Source: Planktotalea sp.
GTDB taxonomy: Bacteria; Pseudomonadota; Alphaproteobacteria; Rhodobacterales; Rhodobacteraceae
Reading direction: 5' to 3'
Assembly (NCBI RefSeq): GCF_965659345.1
Contig: NZ_CBFHVK010000016.1
Location: 8,155-72,154 of the forward strand
Length of the DNA: 64,000 nucleotides
Shown here: positions 49,802-58,158 of the stretch, piece after piece
Position numbering within the stretch: position 1 is the first letter of the stretch
Layout of the letters: each line of letters opens with the position of its first letter
Notes under the pieces: model-generated
What the model was told of the DNA's origin: nothing
Databases searched by the model: none
The model's input: the letters and a program-made list of their open reading frames with translations, nothing else
Position numbers and translations under genes: made by a program

Positions 49802-49852
49802 GGTGCCAGACTTGCGATCCCGCTCGGTTGCGGAAATTCAGGCTCTAAACCC

Positions 49853-52348
49853 CTATTTAGACAACATATGACTAAGCTCACTGACGCATTCATCTATCGC
49901 TGCCTGATCGGTCTGTTTAGCGGCTTCCTCGGCGATTGAGAGCACAGAGCTTAACTGATTGAAACCGACAATGCCTGTTGAACCGACAGCATAGTGGGCA
50001 GAGTTTCTGCGGTCTTCCCAAGAGCTTGAAGGATCGTTGAGAACGTCAAGCGCGGCTTGCGCATCTGTAAGGCTTTGTGCCTTGAGTTGTTTAGCAATCG
50101 CTGGATCCAAAAACTGTTCGATGTCGTCAGCTTCTTGCGGGTTAGGGGTAGTGCCAAGATGTCTGTTGATCGCTTGTTCCAATCGGTCCGCGGTAAGCGG
50201 TTTTGGCAACATTGCGTCCATGCCCGATTCAGTCGGATAGTCGAGATCACTGGAGATTAAGGCTGTGACACCCAAAATAGTTGAGTCACGTGATTCACCG
50301 TTGCCCGAACGAATAATGCGAGTTGCTTCATGCCCGTCTATACCCGGCATGTTAATGTCCATCAAAATGAGTGCATATTTTTTCTTCTCAGCGGCAGCAA
50401 CGGCTTCACTGCCGAGTTCGACACAATCGGATTCATAGCCAAGGCGGGAGACCATTTCGTGCAAAACTGTTCGGTTAATTTTATTGTCGTCGACGATTAG
50501 GACTGCGCCATCAAAAGGCGGGGCCACGTCGGCTTTGCTTTCTACGGTTTTGTCTTCTGGCGCTTGAGAATTCGTGTTTTCCTCGGCGATTTCAAGTTCG
50601 ACGGTAAATTTGAAAGTACTGCCTTTCCCAAGTTGGCTGGTCATGTGGATTTCAGAATTCATCTGTTCGATTGCATGTTTGACGATCGAAAGGCCCAAAC
50701 CGGAACCGCGGGTGCTATCTTCTTCGTTGAACTTTGCTTTCTCAAAAGATTCAAAGATGCGTGCTTTGTCTTCGTCAGCGATGCCGATGCCTTGATCCGA
50801 AACAACAAAGTTTAGGTAGCGCGTGTTGCTTCTGCTGCCTTTGGTGGAAATCATGTCGACGGAAACTTGCCCATTTTCGGTGAATTTAATGGCATTGCCG
50901 ATCAAGTTATACATGACGCGAGAGAACGCCTCTGGCAGGCCGTTGTAGCTGTACTCTGTGCCTTCACCAAGGAACGTCAAGGTCAGTGTATTGCCGTTTG
51001 CCGCGGCGAGAGGGGTTAAACCAGCTTGAATTTTCTCAAGCACTGTGCGGATTACGAATGGTTGAGCGACTTCTTGCACCTGGGCGAGGCGCGTATGGTC
51101 CAGAATACTTGTTACATGTTCCAAAGCACGGTTGCTGCATTCAAGCGCCGTCTGGAATAGTTTCTGATCGGGAGACGTAAGGTTATTCGCTTCAATCATG
51201 TCCAAAGATGCAATCAATCCGTGAAGGGGCGTGCGCATCTCATGGCTCATAGTTGCCAGGAAACGACTTTTTGTTTCAGACGCTTCTTTGGCTTCATCGC
51301 GTGATGCTTTGAGCTTTTCCTCGGCTGTGAGCCGTTCAGAGATGTCCGTGAGATAGATAATATATGTATCAAGTCCTTCGACGTCTTTCGTCCAAACGCC
51401 AGACATTTCGATTGGAAATTCTTTATAATCGGCAGAGCGCGCGGTCAGTCGAACCGTGTCAGTACCAGGTGATTTTTGATAAAGTAAGAAATCGTTCATA
51501 CTTTTGCTGTCGAGCAGGCCATGCACGAAATCCAAACCAAGAATGTCTTCTTGGGCCATTCCGAAACAGCTTGTCGCCGCATCGTTGCATTGGATTATTG
51601 TGCCGTTAGTGTCGGTAAAGATCACCGCTGATTGTGCTGCTTCGAATGCATTTCTTACATTTGTTGATGTCGCTTCGATGTTGCGGCTGCGCTCTTCCAA
51701 ATCCCGCCACAAGCGAAACGCCAAAAGGTTTGAAAGTAGAACGAACCCCAAGATGATGAAAGAAGACGCGTGAAACCGCGTGAAGGTGTTATATTGCTCA
51801 GCACGAATGTCAGATTGAGCTTCCGCCAGACTTTGAATGCCTCGCGTGGTCAAATTTCTAATGTGGGGTTCGGCAATTTTAGCAACGCGGTATAGCTCAT
51901 CGATATCGGCTGTTGTCGGCGCGCTTAAATCATCAATGATCCCAGCGAGTTTGTCGCGTTTCTGGAGAACGAATGTAAAGTCTTCACTTTTAGCATAGGG
52001 CGTTCCGACACGTGTAAGTGTGGCGCCGACCACGCCGACCCTGCTGTAGAAGATGTCGAAGTGTAGTTGGATTTTTGAGAACTCGGCATCCGAAATTTTT
52101 ACCCCAGCTTCTGAGCCGGGTGTCATCGGCTCCAGAAGATTGGACATGAAGCTTTTATAGTCGACATCAACCTGAGAGATGTTCCAACCTAGGTTGTCAG
52201 ATGATGCGACTGCCAAGCGGTCAATTTGGGTCTTTAGTGCGTTGCCACCGATCAACAGCGTAAAGAAGGCTATAACAAGAAGCGTTAGCAGCGTTATAGC
52301 CGATAGATTGCGAATTTTGGATCGCCGCTGTAGGAGCCGAGTTCTCAT
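49853..52348 (-). CDS. tripartite hybrid sensor kinase (2 TM, periplasmic domain, PAS, HisKA, HATPase, REC, HPt)
   Basis: H-box FLATMSHEMRTPLHG, GSGLGLSIVKH, receiver VLIVDDNKINR...LILMDINMPG, C-terminal HPt-like SAHYAVGSTG. Confidence 0.85.
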   Translation of the reverse strand: MRTRLLQRRSKIRNLSAITLLTLLVIAFFTLLIGGNALKTQIDRLAVASSDNLGWNISQVDVDYKSFMSNLLEPMTPGSEAGVKISDAEFSKIQLHFDIFYSRVGVVGATLTRVGTPYAKSEDFTFVLQKRDKLAGIIDDLSAPTTADIDELYRVAKIAEPHIRNLTTRGIQSLAEAQSDIRAEQYNTFTRFHASSFIILGFVLLSNLLAFRLWRDLEERSRNIEATSTNVRNAFEAAQSAVIFTDTNGTIIQCNDAATSCFGMAQEDILGLDFVHGLLDSKSMNDFLLYQKSPGTDTVRLTARSADYKEFPIEMSGVWTKDVEGLDTYIIYLTDISERLTAEEKLKASRDEAKEASETKSRFLATMSHEMRTPLHGLIASLDMIEANNLTSPDQKLFQTALECSNRALEHVTSILDHTRLAQVQEVAQPFVIRTVLEKIQAGLTPLAAANGNTLTLTFLGEGTEYSYNGLPEAFSRVMYNLIGNAIKFTENGQVSVDMISTKGSRSNTRYLNFVVSDQGIGIADEDKARIFESFEKAKFNEEDSTRGSGLGLSIVKHAIEQMNSEIHMTSQLGKGSTFKFTVELEIAEENTNSQAPEDKTVESKADVAPPFDGAVLIVDDNKINRTVLHEMVSRLGYESDCVELGSEAVAAAEKKKYALILMDINMPGIDGHEATRIIRSGNGESRDSTILGVTALISSDLDYPTESGMDAMLPKPLTADRLEQAINRHLGTTPNPQEADDIEQFLDPAIAKQLKAQSLTDAQAALDVLNDPSSSWEDRRNSAHYAVGSTGIVGFNQLSSVLSIAEEAAKQTDQAAIDECVSELSHMLSK

Positions 52349-52355
52349 TTTGAAA

Positions 52356-52832
52356 TTATTCTTCTGGGTTTTTCAGGATTGAAGAGAGTTGCCAGATGCT
52401 GAGCGCATAGACTTTTTCTTGCTGATACTTTTTGTCAGCGTCGAAAGGGTAAACGACCCAATACGGACCTTTTTCGCGACGGTTGAAGGGTTCACCATTC
52501 ATCAGGTTCGCGACGATGGGTGCTTCTTCTGTAATATCGGCGACTGGGATTTCGATTGTGTAGTCATTTATTGCAGTCAGAGAAACGACACCTTCAGTGA
52601 TGTTTGCTAGCTCTAGGATGGATTTCAACGTTGGGCCTGAGAACTCGATTTTACCTTCTGTCCAGATCGTTGTTGTTTCGAAAGCTGTTTGTTCGAGTTT
52701 TGCGACGTCTGCTTTTGTCAGTTCGACTGTAACGTCACCATTGGTGATACTTAGAATGTCTTCTGCAGACGCGAGAGTGGGCAGTGCGATGAAAGACAAA
52801 ACTGTCAAAATCGCTTTGAGTAGGTTGGTCAT
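52356..52832 (-). CDS. periplasmic protein with a molybdopterin-oxidoreductase-like fold, co-transcribed with the kinase
   Basis: Signal peptide LSFIALPTLASA-ED. Start at MTNLLK with AAGGAA upstream. The fold call is from memory of similar small proteins and is low certainty. Confidence 0.45.
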   Translation of the reverse strand: MTNLLKAILTVLSFIALPTLASAEDILSITNGDVTVELTKADVAKLEQTAFETTTIWTEGKIEFSGPTLKSILELANITEGVVSLTAINDYTIEIPVADITEEAPIVANLMNGEPFNRREKGPYWVVYPFDADKKYQQEKVYALSIWQLSSILKNPEE

Positions 52833-53118
52833 TTGAGTTTCCTTGACGCGAAGTTCTGATATATCTCTTTTAGATACCTTCAAAAGAAAAGGTGGATGTA
52901 TCTAAAGATACTCATGCTGATCCTTAGGTAAAAACGCAGGTCATTAGGCGGAAACACAGTGTCAGCACTTTTTTTTAGTACGAAAAGAGCGTAATAAGCC
53001 CTATAGTGAGCAACACGAGATCGAACTATAGAAAAGGCTTCTTAAGTTTTTCTGTTTGTACGTTTTTTTGACACTCAGTGTGCAGTTGACAGGTTTTATA
53101 AGCTTTTAGGATGATAGC

Positions 53119-53766
53119 ATGAATTTGAATGAACATGACGACGATAACAGTACAAACTTAAAGGTCGCAATTGCGGATGACCACAAGTTGCTCGCAGATG
53201 CTGTATCGTCGATGCTCGGCGGGGAAGGCGGCTTTGAGACCTCTTGCTGCTATGATTTGGAGTCATTGCTTAAGCTATTAGGCTGTAGTCAGTTTGACAT
53301 AGTTCTCCTCGATCTTCGTATGCCGGGTATGTCGGGGCTTGATAGTGTTGCACAAGTCGTTCGCGCAGCGAAAGACGGTTACGTCGTATTGTTTACGGGC
53401 CAAGTGGATAAGCATGTTTTGGACAAAGCGCTTGAGCTTGGTGTGCGCGGTTTGATTGCTAAAACGATGCCACTTCGTTCCCTTGGTAGTATTATCGAGC
53501 TTATCAGCTCAGGTCAGATTTTCGTTCCCGTTGGTGCCGACTTCCCGGGTGCCACGACAGATGTCGATGACAACCGCGGTTTGAACGACAAGGAGCTATA
53601 TGTTTTGCGACTTGCCGCAGATGGCATGACCAACAAAGAGATCGCGCGCGATATGGGCGCGACCGAGGTCATCGTGAAGATGCACATGCGTGCAATCTGC
53701 AAGAAGCTTGGTGCGCGTAATCGTGCGCATGCAGCTATCATCAGTCGCGAACGGTCCCTCCTGTAA
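53119..53766 (+). CDS. LuxR/FixJ (NarL)-family response regulator
   Basis: Receiver IADDH...VLLDLRMPG plus LuxR HTH LYVLRLAADGMTNKEIARDMGATEVIVKMHMRAICKKLG. Confidence 0.9.
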   Translation: MNLNEHDDDNSTNLKVAIADDHKLLADAVSSMLGGEGGFETSCCYDLESLLKLLGCSQFDIVLLDLRMPGMSGLDSVAQVVRAAKDGYVVLFTGQVDKHVLDKALELGVRGLIAKTMPLRSLGSIIELISSGQIFVPVGADFPGATTDVDDNRGLNDKELYVLRLAADGMTNKEIARDMGATEVIVKMHMRAICKKLGARNRAHAAIISRERSLL

Positions 53767-53776
53767 CGTTCTGGGG

Positions 53777-55426
53777 TTAGTTTTCTTGGTTCCAAGAATC
53801 GACTAGAGCTTCCATGTATTCGCCAGTTTCATTGATGCTGGCGATCATGGCCTCCATGCGTCCAAACTCGGTGTTGTAGCGATCCGTTAAAACGCTCACG
53901 CGTTCCTCGATAGCCAAGAGATCCTTTTCAAAGTTTTGAAGATCTTCGTTGAGCTCATTTTCACGTCTTGCAAGCAACCCACCAGCACCAATAAGGGCAT
54001 CGCTGTAGGTTTCAAGACTGTCGGTCAGACTAACGCCATAACGTACGTTGGTGGAGACCGCTTGATCATTCTCTAAAGTAAACAACATGCCGTTGGTATT
54101 TTCCAAGGCAGAGCGCAGTGTTGTCTTGCCGTTGCGATCCGTGCTGATATCGAGCTCTTCGCCATCAAGCGTGGCTGTTGGTGGCGTTGTATTGGGATCA
54201 TAAACGAGTGCGTATGACCCTGCTTTGGGTGGCGCAAACGGAAGTCCTGACACGGCTATGCCTGGATCATCTGACCCATACTGAGACGCGAAAAGTGCTT
54301 CTGCTATCTCGGGGTTTTCTTCCAGTGCGCGTTCAAATGACGTTTCATCAAGTGTCAGTCTGCCATCGAGTTCGGTTTTGATACCCAATTGCGCAAGGTA
54401 AACAGGTTGATCGCCAAACCCTGAGATTGGTTCAGTTGTAAGCCGGCCCATTTTGCTCAAAATCGACTGCGCAGCGACATCGCCTGCGAGTGAGCCTTCT
54501 TCCGAGCCATTGAAACCACGTTGTGTTGCTGTTTTGAGGTAATCTTTGAGCGAGTTAACCTCATCCAAGAATTGCGCAACGCGATCACGTACGGATGTGT
54601 TGCTTTCATTAGAGATCAACGTCGATGTGCCAACGGAATTGAGAGTCATGCGATGTCCGGGGAAAAGATCCTCGATTACATTGCTGCCGCGGGTGACGTT
54701 GACGCCATCAACTGTGAAATTCGCATCTGTCGCAGCGACAAGATCACTAGAGAGACCCATAGGATTGTTCGTTGGATCACTTTGGCCGTCGGTGCCATTG
54801 GCGGTGAGGCCGAGCGCTTCTTTGATCGAGTTTACCGAAGCGTCTGTCAACGCGTTGGCGGTGCCTGCGTCCGTTTTAATGATGAGTGCCATGCTCTCGC
54901 CTGTGTTGATCAGGGATGCTGACATGCCATCGATGCTGTTCAAAGAGCGTGTAAATCCGGTCAGTGTGTTGTTGGTTCCGTCGATTGGGATGTTTAGTGG
55001 GCTATCCATCGTATCGGTGGCCAAAGAAATGCTTGTCCCGCTTAAAAGCGTGCTTGTGTTCGTATTGGTGTCAAAATTGATCGACAGAACCTGAGATGCG
55101 GCAAGGGTATTTACCTCAACAACAGCAGAGATGTCAGAGGCCAGCGCTTCCATTGTGACTTCGATTGACACTGCGTTTGTTGTTGAACTGGCAACGCGCG
55201 ACGCTGATTCAGCGGTGCTTGCCATGCCTGCTTTGAATAGCCCGAGCTGAGACGACAAAAGCCCCATGGCGGAGATGGATGTATTAGCGTCCTCAACCCG
55301 GCGCTCTGTCAGAACGCGGTCGCTGTTGTTTTCAGCCTCGACAAGGCTGCTGGCGAGGCTTTTTAGTTCGATTCCACTGCCGTTTTGGCTAAGTGCCGAA
55401 AGAATATCAGTCTTCATTTCCGCCAT
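53777..55426 (-). CDS. fliD: flagellar filament cap protein FliD
   Basis: 549 aa, with an N-terminal FliD-type coiled segment and C-terminal LLAIEERVSVLTDRYNTEFGRMEAMIASINETGEYM. Confidence 0.8.
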   Translation of the reverse strand: MAEMKTDILSALSQNGSGIELKSLASSLVEAENNSDRVLTERRVEDANTSISAMGLLSSQLGLFKAGMASTAESASRVASSTTNAVSIEVTMEALASDISAVVEVNTLAASQVLSINFDTNTNTSTLLSGTSISLATDTMDSPLNIPIDGTNNTLTGFTRSLNSIDGMSASLINTGESMALIIKTDAGTANALTDASVNSIKEALGLTANGTDGQSDPTNNPMGLSSDLVAATDANFTVDGVNVTRGSNVIEDLFPGHRMTLNSVGTSTLISNESNTSVRDRVAQFLDEVNSLKDYLKTATQRGFNGSEEGSLAGDVAAQSILSKMGRLTTEPISGFGDQPVYLAQLGIKTELDGRLTLDETSFERALEENPEIAEALFASQYGSDDPGIAVSGLPFAPPKAGSYALVYDPNTTPPTATLDGEELDISTDRNGKTTLRSALENTNGMLFTLENDQAVSTNVRYGVSLTDSLETYSDALIGAGGLLARRENELNEDLQNFEKDLLAIEERVSVLTDRYNTEFGRMEAMIASINETGEYMEALVDSWNQEN

Positions 55427-55494
55427 GGTTGAGACTCCCTATTGAGGACTAAACGTCAGGGCAAAGCCAACATTTAGAAAAAACTCTATTTTAT

Positions 55495-55839
55495 TTACAT
55501 GCGGAACTTCATGACTTTGCAGTTATGCGTACGCAAAATGCCATTCTGAATAGTGGTAAGCGCACCAGTATCGCGTTTGATCGAAAGCTGAGTGCGTCCC
55601 CAATCGGCAATCAGAACGTCTTCGCTCACGAAGGTGATCGTCGTTTTAGTAGGTTCTGGTCCGACGATCTTACCTTGTTTGCCGATTGAGAGCTTATCAA
55701 AGGTTACCCTTTCGAATGGCGCATTTGCCCCCTGGCATTCATAGGTTTCATTTTGATATCTCGTCAGGCTTGCGCAATCGCGCAATGATCCAACAGCTAT
55801 CAATGCAATGGCCCCAAGGCCGACTAGGGAATTGCTCAT
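55495..55839 (-). CDS. hypothetical exported or membrane-anchored protein
   Basis: 114 aa with an N-terminal hydrophobic segment, between the acidic repeat protein gene and fliD. Confidence 0.35.
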   Translation of the reverse strand: MSNSLVGLGAIALIAVGSLRDCASLTRYQNETYECQGANAPFERVTFDKLSIGKQGKIVGPEPTKTTITFVSEDVLIADWGRTQLSIKRDTGALTTIQNGILRTHNCKVMKFRM

Positions 55840-55862
55840 GTTATGCCCTCACTTACGGTGTA

Positions 55863-56534
55863 TCACTCTGCTTTGAGATCGGTTGCAGTTTCGCCAGTCG
55901 TTTCGGAATCCGCTAAAGCAGCAGCTGCTAGGTCGGCATCTGACTCATCGGTTTCAGGGGCTAATTCAGGTTTATGAAGTGTGGCCACGCCTGAGGCAAA
56001 GAGTTGCTCGGCAACATCCTTTGGCGCTGCAAGAACTGCCCCGATTGGCAATTCAAAGTCTTGATGGGTGTATTTTTCTAGTAACAGCATTTGAACGCTT
56101 TTGCTTGCAGGTTCGATGCTTTCCTTTTGAGCGTCATCAGCGTCATCAGCGTCATCAGCGTCATCAGCGTCATCAGCGTCATCAGCGTCATCAGCGTCAT
56201 CAGCGGGAAAGCTCTGTTTGTTGCGCATCAGGATTTTAGGGAACTTGTCGCCAAGCAACTCTGAGAGAGTTGTTTCGTTCTTTATCTCTGTTCCAGCGTT
56301 GTTGGCGCTTGCCCGTGCGCGCAAGACTTGAACCCGCGCATCGAAAATCGCGGTTCGGGTCGCAGGATCGGTGATATCGTAAAGCAACTCAGCTAAGACG
56401 TTAGTGACGTGAAGAGCTGGTATGTCTGCAAGCTGATGCATCAATCGAACCGTTGTCGCGTTGGCTTTAGGCGCTGTTTTTCTAGTGGTTCGCCCCGAGG
56501 ACGTTCTCAGGCTTCGTAAAGTTTTTTCCGACAT
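55863..56534 (-). CDS. acidic hypothetical protein with a (DDA)8 tract
   Basis: Start set at MSEKTL (GGAG 7 nt upstream). The longer 309-aa ORF would overlap flgB and its promoter. Confidence 0.5.
   Translation of the reverse strand: MSEKTLRSLRTSSGRTTRKTAPKANATTVRLMHQLADIPALHVTNVLAELLYDITDPATRTAIFDARVQVLRARASANNAGTEIKNETTLSELLGDKFPKILMRNKQSFPADDADDADDADDADDADDADDADDAQKESIEPASKSVQMLLLEKYTHQDFELPIGAVLAAPKDVAEQLFASGVATLHKPELAPETDESDADLAAAALADSETTGETATDLKAE
56131..56205. repeat. perfect tandem repeat, 8 x 9 bp (GCGTCATCA) plus a partial unit
   Basis: Read directly. It is in frame and encodes ADDADDADD... on the minus strand. Confidence 0.95.
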
Positions 56535-56554
56535 TTTCAGCTCCTCGGTGAGTT

Positions 56555-56570
56555 TGGCACTCAACTTGCA
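56555..56570 (+). promoter_or_regulatory. consensus sigma54 promoter for flgBCDE
   Basis: TGGCAC-TCAAC-TTGCA, 39 nt upstream of the flgB ATG. Confidence 0.75.
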
Positions 56571-56582
56571 AATATCGGACCA
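56567..56582 (-). promoter_or_regulatory. candidate sigma54 promoter for the divergent operon, overlapping the flgB promoter
   Basis: Minus strand reads TGGTCC-GATAT-TTGCA. It shares the central TTGCAA with the plus-strand promoter. Confidence 0.4.
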
Positions 56583-56608
56583 GAAACGAAGGAACCCGGA
56601 CGAAAAAC

Positions 56609-56995
56609 ATGAACGCATTAAAAGAGCATATTTCATTCCAAGCATCGGCGCTGTCTTTGCGTAGTGCTCGCAATAACATGCTTGCTTCCAATATCGCGAA
56701 TGCTGCGACACCTGGATATAAAGCGCGTGACTTGGACTTTGATCGTGAGATGGCTGCGAAGGCAGGGGACAGCCCTGTGCGTATGACTGCATCGCGCCAC
56801 GTGAATAGTCTTACTGGCGTTGGTGCTGATCGCGTTCAGTATCGTCAACCTTTGAACCCGTCTTTGGACGGAAACACGGTTGAGATGTCTGTAGAGCAGA
56901 TGGAATTCTCTGAAAATTCTGTGCGCTACATGTCGACGCTTGAGTTCCTTAACAAACGTGTCTCGGGCCTGATGTCCGCAATCAGAGGTGAATAA
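56609..56995 (+). CDS. flgB: flagellar proximal rod protein FlgB
   Basis: LASNIANAATPGYKARD and C-terminal rod motif. Confidence 0.9.
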   Translation: MNALKEHISFQASALSLRSARNNMLASNIANAATPGYKARDLDFDREMAAKAGDSPVRMTASRHVNSLTGVGADRVQYRQPLNPSLDGNTVEMSVEQMEFSENSVRYMSTLEFLNKRVSGLMSAIRGE

Positions 56996-57414
56996 TGTCT
57001 GATATTAAGAACGTCTTCGATATCGCGGGCCGCTCGATGGCGGCGCAAATGGTGCGTTTGAACACTGTTGCCTCAAACATTGCAAACGCCGAGGCGCGCG
57101 CAGGATCGGCGGAGGATGCGTACCGTCCGCTTCGCCCTGTGTTTCAAACAGTGTTTGAAGACGGAATGCGCAATGCTGAAAAGGCGTCTGTCGAAGTACG
57201 CGATGTGATTTCGCTGAACCGAGAGCCACAGCGCGTTCATGAGCCGGGCCATCCCCTCGCGGATGAAGAGGGCTTTGTCTACATCTCGCCGGTCGATGTG
57301 AACGAAGAGATGGTCGATATGATCGAGGCCAGTCGTCAATACCAGAATAATCTAGAAGTCGTCACAACGTTACGCACCTTGATGATGCGCACTGTGAACA
57401 TGGGTAAGTCGTAG
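56995..57414 (+). CDS. flgC: flagellar rod protein FlgC
   Basis: NTVASNIANAEA...VNEEMVDMIEASRQYQNNLEV. Confidence 0.9.
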   Translation: MSDIKNVFDIAGRSMAAQMVRLNTVASNIANAEARAGSAEDAYRPLRPVFQTVFEDGMRNAEKASVEVRDVISLNREPQRVHEPGHPLADEEGFVYISPVDVNEEMVDMIEASRQYQNNLEVVTTLRTLMMRTVNMGKS

Positions 57415-57425
57415 GAGGTTAAGCA

Positions 57426-58118
57426 ATGGATATAGATAATAACAGTATGAGCGCGCAAAACGCGCTGTTGTCTAAACTTGGGATCAGCACGACTGATACC
57501 AAGCCCGAAGATGCCAAAGAAGAGCTCGGGCAGGGCGATTTTTTGAAGCTTATGACGGCTCAATTGCAGAACCAAGATCCGTTCGCCCCGATGGACAATG
57601 GTGACTTCATTGCACAAATGGCGCAGTTTTCATCCGTTGCCGGTATCAGTGATATGGGCAAAACGATGAACACGATTGCAGATCAGTTGGGTCAGTTTCG
57701 TGTTGGATCGTCGGTGAACATGCTGGGTCATTCGGTTTTGCTGCCCGGCAATATCGCACGCGCGGATGACAATGGTGAGGTACATGGCGTTCTTGACCTT
57801 GAGCGTACTTCCTTGGAAACGCGCGTTGAGTTTCTGGATGCAGAAACGGGCGAAGCGCTACACACGCTAGACCTTGGCAGTCGCGCAAGCGGCATGTCTG
57901 GTTTTGAGTGGAAAGACTTGCCAGAAGAATATCGCGACGGACGTCGCAGTATGAAGTTGGACGTAACAGTGAACTACGGTGATGGTCCTGAAGGGCTTGT
58001 GCCAAACGTATTCGCTGAAGTGATTGGCGCATCGAGCGCTGCCTCTGGTGAGGCCCAGCTTGAAGTTGAAGACTACGGTGACGTGAGCGCCGCAGAAGTT
58101 CTGCGGTTCCGTCTTTAA
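57426..58118 (+). CDS. flgD: hook capping/scaffold protein FlgD
   Basis: FLKLMTAQLQNQDPFAPMDNGDFIAQMAQFSSV. Confidence 0.85.
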   Translation: MDIDNNSMSAQNALLSKLGISTTDTKPEDAKEELGQGDFLKLMTAQLQNQDPFAPMDNGDFIAQMAQFSSVAGISDMGKTMNTIADQLGQFRVGSSVNMLGHSVLLPGNIARADDNGEVHGVLDLERTSLETRVEFLDAETGEALHTLDLGSRASGMSGFEWKDLPEEYRDGRRSMKLDVTVNYGDGPEGLVPNVFAEVIGASSAASGEAQLEVEDYGDVSAAEVLRFRL

Positions 58119-58158
58119 GGCCGCCCTAACCCATAAATTCTAGATAAGGAGAGAGCAT

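Noticed and set aside
52999-53010. CCCTATAGTGAG, a 12-nt match to the reverse complement of the phage T7 promoter core, in the HK/LuxR intergenic region. There are also two CTATAG copies and two ACAC-n-GTGT mini-palindromes nearby.
   Set aside because: The match is too short and lacks the rest of the T7 promoter. It is probably chance. The mini-palindromes might be regulator sites, but this cannot be supported.
55427-55494. Weak sigma28-like match (TAAA-N15-GACGTTTA, minus strand) upstream of fliD.
   Set aside because: Only 5 of 8 positions match in the -10 element. fliD is more simply explained as part of the upstream sigma54-driven operon.
55863-56792. The 309-aa version of the (DDA)8 ORF given in the ORF track.
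   Set aside because: The N-terminal 86 codons would run through the flgB promoter and into flgB itself. An internal ATG at 56534 with a GGAG Shine-Dalgarno fits the intergenic architecture.
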